64,000 nucleotides of DNA from the human T2T-CHM13v2.0 reference genome, Homo sapiens: assembly GCF_009914755.1 (NCBI RefSeq), contig NC_060927.1. One strand, written 5' to 3'. Of this stretch, positions 54,047-64,000 are shown piece after piece (within the stretch, counting starts at the first letter, position 1; the number at the start of each line of letters is the position of its first letter). Below the pieces are notes generated by a model. It was not told where the DNA came from. It saw only the letters and a program-made list of their open reading frames with translations, and searched no databases. The position numbers and the translations under genes are program-made.

Positions 54047-54736
54047 TGTGTCCAGCATTGGTTCCTTCTGGTGGGTTCTTGGTCCCTCTGACTTCAAGAA
54101 TGAAGCCACGGACCCTCACGGTGAGTGTTACAGCTCTTAAAGATGGTGTGTCCAGAGTTGTTTGTTCCTCCTGGTGGGTTCGTGGTCTCACAGACTTCAG
54201 GAGTGAAGTTGCAGACCTTCGCAGTGAGTGTTACAGTTCTTAATGGTGGCGCATCTGGAGTTGTTTGTTCCTCCCGGTGGTTTCGTGGTCTTGCTGACTT
54301 CAGGAGTGAAGCCACAGACCTTCGCAGTGAGTGTTACACCTCTTAAAGCTAGTACGGACCCAAAGAGTAAGCAAGATTTATTGTGAAGAGCAAAAGAACA
54401 AAGCTTCCACAGGTAGAAGGGGACCCTAGTGGGTTGCCACTGCTGGCTGGGGTGGCCAGCTTTTATTCCCTTATTTGGCCCCGCCCACGTCCTACTGATG
54501 GGTCCATTTTACAGAGCACTGATTGGTCCATTTTACAGAGTGCTGATTGGTGCATTTACAGTCCTTTAGCTAGACAGAGTGCTTATTGGTGCATTTTTAC
54601 AGAGTGCTAATTGGTGCATTTACAATCCTTTAGCTAGACACAGAGCGCTGATTGGTGCGTTTACAATCCTTTAGCTAGACACAAAAGTTCTCCAAGTCCC
54701 CACCCGACCCAGAAGCTCAGCTGGCTTCACCTCTCA
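54047..54736 (-). mobile_element. LTR12 (ERV9/HERV9) solo LTR
   Basis: Minus strand begins TGAGAGGTGAAGCCAGCTGAGCTTCTGGGTCGGGTGGGGACTTGGAGAAC and ends GGACACA; perfect 4-bp TSD GTTT; CCAAT repeats and ~100-bp U5 repeats. Confidence 0.95.
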
Positions 54737-55760
54737 GTTTCAGATATTACGTTTAAATCTTTAATTATTTTGAGTTGATTTTTGTATATGATATAAGGCA
54801 AGGGTCCAATTTCATTCTTTTATACATGGATATCCAATTTTACCAGCATCATTTGTTAAAGAGATTTTCTTTTCCCCAGTGTATTCTTGTTGTCCTTGTC
54901 AAAGATTAGTTAACCACATATGTTTGGGTTTACTTCTGGGCTCTCTGTTTCGTTGCACCAGTCTATGTGTCTGCTTTCATGCCAGTATTATGCTGTTTTG
55001 ATTAATATACCTTTGTAATATTTTTGATTACTATAGCTTCGTAATATAGTTTGAAATCAGGGACTGTGATACAAAGAAGCTTTGTTCTTCTTTCTCAAGA
55101 TCACTTTGGCTATTCAGGGTCTTTTCTAGTTCCATTTCTTTTTCTCTAAAAAGCTTTTGTCCATAAAAGGGAATAATCAACAAGATAAATAGGCAACCTA
55201 CAGAATGAGAGAAAATATTTGTAAACTATATATCTTATAAGGGGTTAATATTCAAAATATATAAGGAACTCATACAACTCAATAGCAAAAACTCAAATGA
55301 CCCAATTAAGAAATGAGCAAAGAACCTCCTGAATAGACATTTTTTCCAAAGAAAACATACATGTGGTCAACAGGTATATGAAAACATGTTCAACATCACT
55401 AATCACCAGGGAAATGTAAATCAAAACCAAACTGAAATGTCATCTCACACCTATGAAGATGGGTATCCTCAAAAAAACAGTAAGTGTGGAAAAGGGTTTG
55501 GAAAAAAGGGAACCTTGCACAATGTGGGAATGTAACTTGGTATAGCCATTATGAAAAACAGTATGGAAGTTTCTCAAAAATTAAAAACAAAACTACCATA
55601 TGATCCAGCAATCCCACTTCTTGGTATGTATCCAAAGGAAATGAAATTATTACCTTGAAAAGATATCTGTACCGCCATGTTCACTGCAGCATTAACAATC
55701 ACCAACATATGGAAACAGCTTAAATGTCCATCAACAGATAAATGTATTTAAAAATTGGCG

Positions 55761-55798
55761 CACACACACACAGACACACACACAGATACACACACACA
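55761..55798. repeat. interrupted (CA)n microsatellite in L1
   Basis: Read directly. Confidence 0.9.
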
Positions 55799-56864
55799 AT
55801 AGAATATTATTCAGCTGATAAAAAAGAATAACATTCTGCCATTTACAACAACATGGGTGAAACTAGACGACATTATGCTAAGTAAAATAAGCCAGGCACA
55901 GAAAGACAAATACTGTACGTTCTCACTTACATGTGGAATCTAAATAAGTAGAACTCATAGAAACAGAATAGAATGGTGGTTGCCAGGAGCTGGGGCATGG
56001 ATAAATGAGAAGATACTGATCAAAGAATAGAAACTTTCAAATATGAGACAAACAAGTTCTGGGGATCTAATGCACAACTTGGTGGTGATAGATATGTTAA
56101 TTAATTTGGTTGTGATAATCAGTATACAATGTATAAATACATAAAATCACCACATTGTATACCTTGAATATGTATAATCTTTGTCAATTAGATATTTTAA
56201 AATAAGAATTATTTTGTTTTAATTATATTTTTTCTATTAATTGTACAATTACTTGACAATTGTTTTTAAAATTTTACTAAAAGAAATATATTACAAAGGG
56301 GAATCAGTAATCTGGCTAGTTGGCTAGTTAATAAAGGAAAAAGTACTAGATACATGCTATAAAAAGACAAAAATGGAAGGAGAAGTTAAGGAAGCAAAAC
56401 AAAGAAATAAATAGCTTTGCAAACAAATGTAGTGTCTCTTTTGAGTTCCATCATAAATGTTGCCCAGCTTCAAGTGTGTGTCCTTGCTGATTTCTCCTTT
56501 ATATAGAAACCTGTATCCCTTTTAAAAGTGCAAGTATTTCTCATCACCAACGGTCATAATTCAAAGGAGCAAAAGGTGTCTACTTGTAAAGACTTTGTCA
56601 TCAGACAAAGCCAGACTGTGATGACTGGGTCAGTTTCTCCTCTCTAAGCTGATAATTATCTCACACTGTTACAGAAACACTGTGGAGTGAAAAATAAGTA
56701 CTTTAAGAGACTACAAATGTGAGAAAAGAGTTCCTTTCTCTAAAATTTGAACTGCAATGTTTATAGTTTCATTCACATATTTTTTGCTACATTTTATAAG
56801 CATAAACATGATGATTCCATCATTTCATGTTTTAGTATGTACTAGATATCTCTGATGTGCTAAT

Positions 56865-57005
56865 GTTGTTAAAATGCATATTTCCAGGTCACATCCTTAG
56901 AGATTCTGATTCGGTAAATCTATGGGAAAGCCTAGGAATACGTATTTTTAAAGCTTGCCAGTAAATTTTCATGCAAGTGATCTGCAGACCACATTTGGGA
57001 AGCTG
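56865..57005. mobile_element. MER5-type Charlie MITE
   Basis: TTGTTAAAATGCATATTTCCAGG...AGAGATTCTGATTCGGTA...GACCACATTTGGGA. Confidence 0.65.
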
Positions 57006-58869
57006 GATAAAAACCTATCTTGAATGTGTAGGTTTATGTCGACGGTGAAAACAGAATCATGGAAGCACCCATGGCTTTAACAGACTGCTCACATTCAATT
57101 GTCAACATTAGTGCTTTATCAGATCAATTTTATAATGTAGTAGAGGGAGATGAGCTAGGCTCAAATAAAAACAATACAATGCAATAAAAAGGTATTAGTG
57201 ACTTGCATGGATGAACAACATACGTTAAGAAGAACTCAGATGAAGAAAAAATTATTTTCAGTTATAAGGAAATAGGACTTAAAAGATGAGCATTTATGAG
57301 GGGGGCACATTTCAGTAACAAAGAAAACTATGAACAAACATCTTGAAGAAGGTTTCACCCTGTGGTACAGCCAATGAGCTAGTTAGGCAGCAGCACTGGA
57401 CTCGTGTCAGAGAGTACTGGGAAGAAAGCCTGGGGAGGTCTTCTGGGCTGAGTTACTTTATGGGTCTATTCTCATGTCTCCTGATTTGGCTCTCACTTCT
57501 TTTCAGAATACTTTATCCAGTTTGGCTCTTCCTTGAGACCAGCTAGATACATCTTTCTTGGGAGTTGGGGAGCTGGTAGTTCCTTCCTCTTTCATAGGGA
57601 AGTCAAAATGGACCTCTCTTCCTCTTCACTGAGGTGACCACCCTCAATTAGAGAATAAGATAGATGCTGGTTTCTTACTGCTCTGCTCCTATAGTTAGGC
57701 TAATTTTTCCTATAATCAGGGAGACCATGAGCACATGCCTGACAGGCTATCTGTTCTCAACTCCCTGTGATCTTAGTTCCTTAAACTCCTACTGAGTTTT
57801 CCTGTAACTAGGAGGCATCTCCATGTCCTGATTAAGCTATTGTCACTTAAATGGGCATTTGCCCAAGAGATGCTACTTCACCTTCTGAAATCTAATCCGA
57901 AACAGGAACTAAACTGTACACGTGGAGATTTAGAGCTTCCTGCTCTTCATCAGCCCTCATCACTGCCTCCAGAGAGCCTTTGGTAGGACCCTGGGTTATG
58001 AGTATCTCTTAGAGGATACTGCTTCACCAAAAACACCTGAACCAGTCCTCAAACAAGCCTTTGGGGAAATCCCCAACTGCTTTCGAACTGCTTCTCTCTC
58101 ACCTTCTAGGAAAATACATCTTGTAACAGGCTGATTTAGAAACAAGTCCCCAGAAGCTATCCTGGTGGCTCAAAATCCAGGGATTCCTTAAGAAGAAAAT
58201 GATACATAACCAAATCCACAGATTTACAATGCAGCATTAAAAACAATCATTAATGCAGTTTTCCCACAGTACTTAATGAGGATGATGGCTGGTGGTAATG
58301 ATAAATTTCTGACTGTATACTCTTGCCAGGGGCTCTCTAGGGAAGAAAGCTGCTGCTAGCTAAGACATTTAGAATTTCTGCTAAACTCTTCTCAGTAGGA
58401 ATGTCCTTGCTGATGCTGCTGAGGAGATGAAGGTCTGAAAGTGAGGTATTAGCTCTCATTGAAAGTAAGAACATATCGACCCTAGGCAATTAAAGACAAT
58501 CTCTTTGGATACATGCATTGTTATCAATAACATGACAGTTTTGCCTATTTGAAATTCAGCCTCATGTTTCACATTGAACCTTTGGGTGACTGTCGATTGA
58601 AATCTTTAAAGGGGACTACATCAGTTAAGTATTAGCTCCCTGAAACTCCATCCTCTTATAGTTTAATTGTTCCTGATGGAAAAAACAAATGGTGGGTTTG
58701 AAAGTCTCCGAGGTCCTAGTGTAACTTGTTCTGCCAATTCTGAAATAATTTTAGCTACCATTTATGCAGTAAGTGCCATTTACTCCATTTTATGGAGCAA
58801 AACTAAGTATGCTTTTTACTGTGGCAAATATTTTATAAATTATCTTAGTTATTAATTGCAATTGCACTC

Positions 58870-59030
58870 TGTGTTAGCTATCATTATTCACATTTTATGA
58901 ATAAAGTAATTGAGGCCCAATGAGTTAAGATCCTGTTCAAGGTCACATATCTTAGAGGTGGCTGAGCTAGAATTAAAACCCAAGAATATCTAACACCATA
59001 GCCAGAGATCTTTAACCTCTATGGTATAGC
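58870..59030 (-). mobile_element. MIR
   Basis: CATTTTATGAATAAAGTAATTGAGGCCCAATGAGTTAAG...CAAGGTCACA...GGCTGAGCTAGAATTAAAACCCA. Confidence 0.7.
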
Positions 59031-59312
59031 GCCTCTCTCCAGTCTACTGGGAGGGCATCCATGTTCCCTCTCACTGTGCATTTGCTCAGTTTATTTGTGC
59101 CACCCAAATAGTTTCTCTATGTATATTCCTTTCCTTCCCCATATCTGTCTATCAAAAATTTATATGTTGCTTCAAGGCTGATATTAAGTACCATTTTTTT
59201 TCTAGGAAGCTTATTCTAATTTTTTTTCCTCTTCTTTACATCCCTCTAACCAGATATGGATTCCATCTTTGAGTAATCTCAGTACCTTCCATAAAACTCA
59301 TAGGGTTCTTAT

Positions 59313-59440
59313 CTTATTTGCTTAGTTTTCTTGGCTATTCAACATAAACTTTCGAATTACGGCTCACATACCTTCCCTTATTTGCTTTGTTTACTTTGCT
59401 ATTTAACATAAACTTTCAAATTATGGCTTACATACATTCC
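59313..59440 (+). repeat. 2 x 64-bp tandem duplication
   Basis: 59313-59376 vs 59377-59440, 8 substitutions. Confidence 0.9.
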
Positions 59441-60280
59441 CAAAAGACAAATCAAATATTTCCCATAGGGTAGGTGCTCACAAATATCTATGCAATGTAA
59501 TTCACTGAAAGTATTCCTAGGATTAATCTAGGTCAGAGCTTGGACTAAGGACTTGCCCTAATTAGGTATTCACATATGGGAGCCTGGGATTATAGGTCTG
59601 TCTCCGATGTGAAGGACAGAGGGTTGTGATACGAGTTTCTGGGCTCTACAAGGCTGCAGATATTGTAAAGGGGTGAGAAATGGGAGGTAGGAGAAAGTAA
59701 ATACCAAAGGTCACACAACTTTGAAGCTTCAGGGCCACCAAACTGTAATTCAGATCACCTTCATACTCCTGCAATATTCTTTTCACTACATCATGCTGAC
59801 ACAAACAGAATGACCAGTGACATTTAGAATATCTTGTCATCAATTTTTCTGGTCCTAGGATCCAACCACTTTTCCCTTCTAATGTGACTGGAAACTGAAG
59901 GAAATCAGACCTTAGCTTTAAGAAAAAAAAATTGTTTAACAGCTTTTAAAAAGAAGTTTCAATCTAACAGACTGTACTGTCACTAGAACTCTGCTCAACT
60001 AGACACCTCTCAATTATTCACAGATGGATCATCAAGAACAAATTTTGCTTTTGAGTTCTTATTGACATTATTACCTACTTAGTTCAGTTAAATCCTTTGT
60101 TAAGGCAAAGCTAGTGTACTTTTCAACTGAAGTTTTTAAATACAATAAGAGTTTGAAAGAAAGACTGTTTTAAAGTCAAACTCTTAAATAGAACATCCCT
60201 TGAAAACTCTGCTTACATATTTAACACATTTTGATTGAACAAAGCATCACAGTCAATATAAAAAATTAATACCGTAAGGA

Positions 60281-61885
60281 GACTTCCCATTTCTAGGTAT
60301 GACAAAGTAATTGGTATTACATTAACCCTCCCACTGAGGAAAATTATAAAAGCTGGGTTAAAATAAATACAATACTGCATGATCTCACTTATGTGTGGAA
60401 TGTAAGAATGTTGAAATCATACAAACTGAGAGTAGAATGATGGTTACCAAGGGGCTCAGTGGGTAGGTAGGGTGGCAGTATTGGGGAAATGCAGGTCAAA
60501 GAATAAAAACTTTCTGTTGGCCGGAAAGACTAACAGAACAAAAGGAATGGAGTGTTACCAAAGCAGCCAAGGCGTGGGCTGTGATCCTGGGATCTACAAG
60601 AAATTTTCCCTATAGGCAGATGTCAATTTCCAAGATGTCTATGTGAGGGCAAGATGCCAAGAAGCCAGGCAGAAAACAGCTGCTAAGAGGCTAGAAAATA
60701 TAAACAGAGATTTTGCGCCAGTAAATTAAAAAACCTGAGTGAAAATAATGTATTCCTTGAAAAACAATTTACCAAAATTGGCACAAGAAATACCAGAAAT
60801 TCTAAATAGCCCAGTATCTATTTACAAAATTTAATGCATAATTAAAATCTTTCTACAAAGTAAACTGCAAGCCCTTCGTTGGAAAATTTTTGCAAACATT
60901 TAAGCAAATAATAAAAATCTGAAGCAAAATCTCTTCCAGAGAATACAAAAAAAAAGGGAATCATTTCCAAAATTATTTTTTGAGGTCACTATAATCTCAA
61001 TAAGAAAGCCTGACCAAAAATATACGAATAAAATAAAGAGTAAAATAACAGGCCCATTTCTTTTATAAATGAAGACACTAAAATATCAGCATGTCAAACA
61101 TATATGTTTAGATATATAGGTATGTATAATGGTATATATATGGTAACATGTCAAACCAAGTTAGATTCTTTCCTAAGAAATAAAAAGTTGCATTAGCATT
61201 TGAAAAAAAAATGTAATTCACCATATTAACAGAATAAATAAGAAAGACAATATGATTTTTCTCTACAGATGCAAAATAAGGATTTATTAAAATGTAATTC
61301 TCATTAATGACAGAAATCTTTAACAGCTAGGAATAGAAAGGAATTTCCACAATCTGATATAGAGGATTAACCAAACATCTACAGTAAATATTATATTTGA
61401 TTATGAAATATTGAAAGTTTTCCCTTAGAAATCAGAAATGAGACAATGATATCTGCTATTCCTTCTAATAATATTATACTGAAACTCTCAAATAATGAAT
61501 TAAGGCAAGAAAAATAGTGAAAATTAGGAGAATTATAAAGGAAGAACTAAAACTCCCATGATTTGCAGATGGTATGATGCTGTGCATGAACATATACAGA
61601 ATACTACTGAGTGAAAGATGTCAAACACGAAAGAGTACACACTATGAATCTCATTCATATTAAAATAAAAAGGGGAAACCTATTTATGGTGACAGTATTT
61701 ATGATAGTGGTTACGTTGGGAGAAGTGATACTGACCACAAGAGAGGCATTTGGGTTTCTGGTAATGTTTTATTTCTTGACATGGGTTGTAGTAACACCAG
61801 CATGCTCACTTTGTGGAAAGTCATCAAGATTATGAGATTTTTTATTTTTATTGTATGCACATTATAATTCAATAAAAAAAGTTTA
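60281..61885 (+). mobile_element. fragmented old L1M/L1ME (5' start, mid-ORF2, 3' end) with an L1MA 3' piece at ~60370-60525
   Basis: Start GACTTCCCATTTCTAG...TAACCCTCCCACTGAG; ORF2 RT motif ATTTGCAGATGGTATGAT (FADD-like); 3' end TTATAATTCAATAAAAA. Confidence 0.65.
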
Positions 61886-62490
61886 CAAAAATAATTCATA
61901 AATTATTCCTATATAACCCATGCTGAAAGACTCCAACTGGCAATTAAATGTGATACTAGTTTGTGCATGAGCTGATGAAAGAGTAAGAGAGGGATGAACT
62001 TGAATGAGCCAGCCTCATGGGTAACATATTATTGACTGTGTTTCTGTGCATTCTTGTGATATAACAGCTTCCTTAGGCACCTCCAACCAGGTAGCTGGCT
62101 GATGGGAGGGCCACTTTCTGGGGTCAGTCTCAGAATTGCACACTTGAGAGAATGTTAAGAAACAAACTCAGAAATAAAGTACATCTATGTATAGGTGAAA
62201 CCTTTGATTGAGCTATGCAGAAAGGTGATAATCTTATTACCCTAGCATGAGAGTGTGCAATAAAAATCTGGGGACAAAATAGTAAAGTCCAAGAACATTT
62301 CAATCTCTTCTGAATAAGGTCTAAATAATATACATGCCCTAGTCGAAATGATGTGAATTTCCAGATACACTCATCCTCATAAGTAACAAATCATATAACA
62401 AAGACAAAATTTTATTGAATGAAGATTTCATTCATTTGGTTTCCAGTTCATTTCTGCCTCCCTTCTTCTCTATTTATTTAAGAAGTCCTG

Positions 62491-64000
<1,510 letters not shown>

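Larger units (their letters stand above)
53560..56205. mobile_element. L1MA-type LINE-1 with 5' inversion: antisense ~53560-55140, sense ~55146-56205
   Basis: Both segments start at the same L1 motif (CATCAAACTAAAAAGCTT); the sense part ends in an L1MA-like 3'UTR. Confidence 0.85.

Noticed and set aside
54095-54680. Regular repeat-spacer-like arrays (CRISPR-like look)
   Set aside because: These are the normal U5 and U3 tandem repeats of LTR12; the context is eukaryotic and has no cas genes
59760-59796. Minus-strand exon-like segment (HDVVKRILQEYE)
   Set aside because: CAGCATGATGTAGTGAAAAGA matches a MIR 5' end, and the donor GTGATC is weak

Overview
AT-rich primate (human-like) genomic DNA, intergenic or deep intronic. 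It carries AluJ/AluS copies, L1PA/L1MA-L1ME fragments, L2, MIR, CR1, MaLR/ERV1/ERVL LTRs including an ERV9-type LTR12 solo LTR, and hAT/Tigger DNA-transposon fossils. I recognise no protein-coding gene, RNA gene or CRISPR-like system; the ORF track is explained by repeats or chance. The most informative signals are structural. (1) A 126-bp segment is copied from 1.9 kb upstream into a (TA)n palindrome. (2) A ~126-bp piece of L1 is inverted next to a three-armed Alu and bounded by a perfect 17-bp inverted repeat. (3) A twin-primed L1 holds a nested Alu and an LTR12. (4) An L1MA fragment appears to have carried a MIR piece by 3' transduction. (5) A chain of + strand splice signals includes a possible 13-nt microexon near the window start. 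Repeat subfamily names come from recalled consensus motifs, and most repeat boundaries are approximate. I found no evidence for a new multi-gene system.
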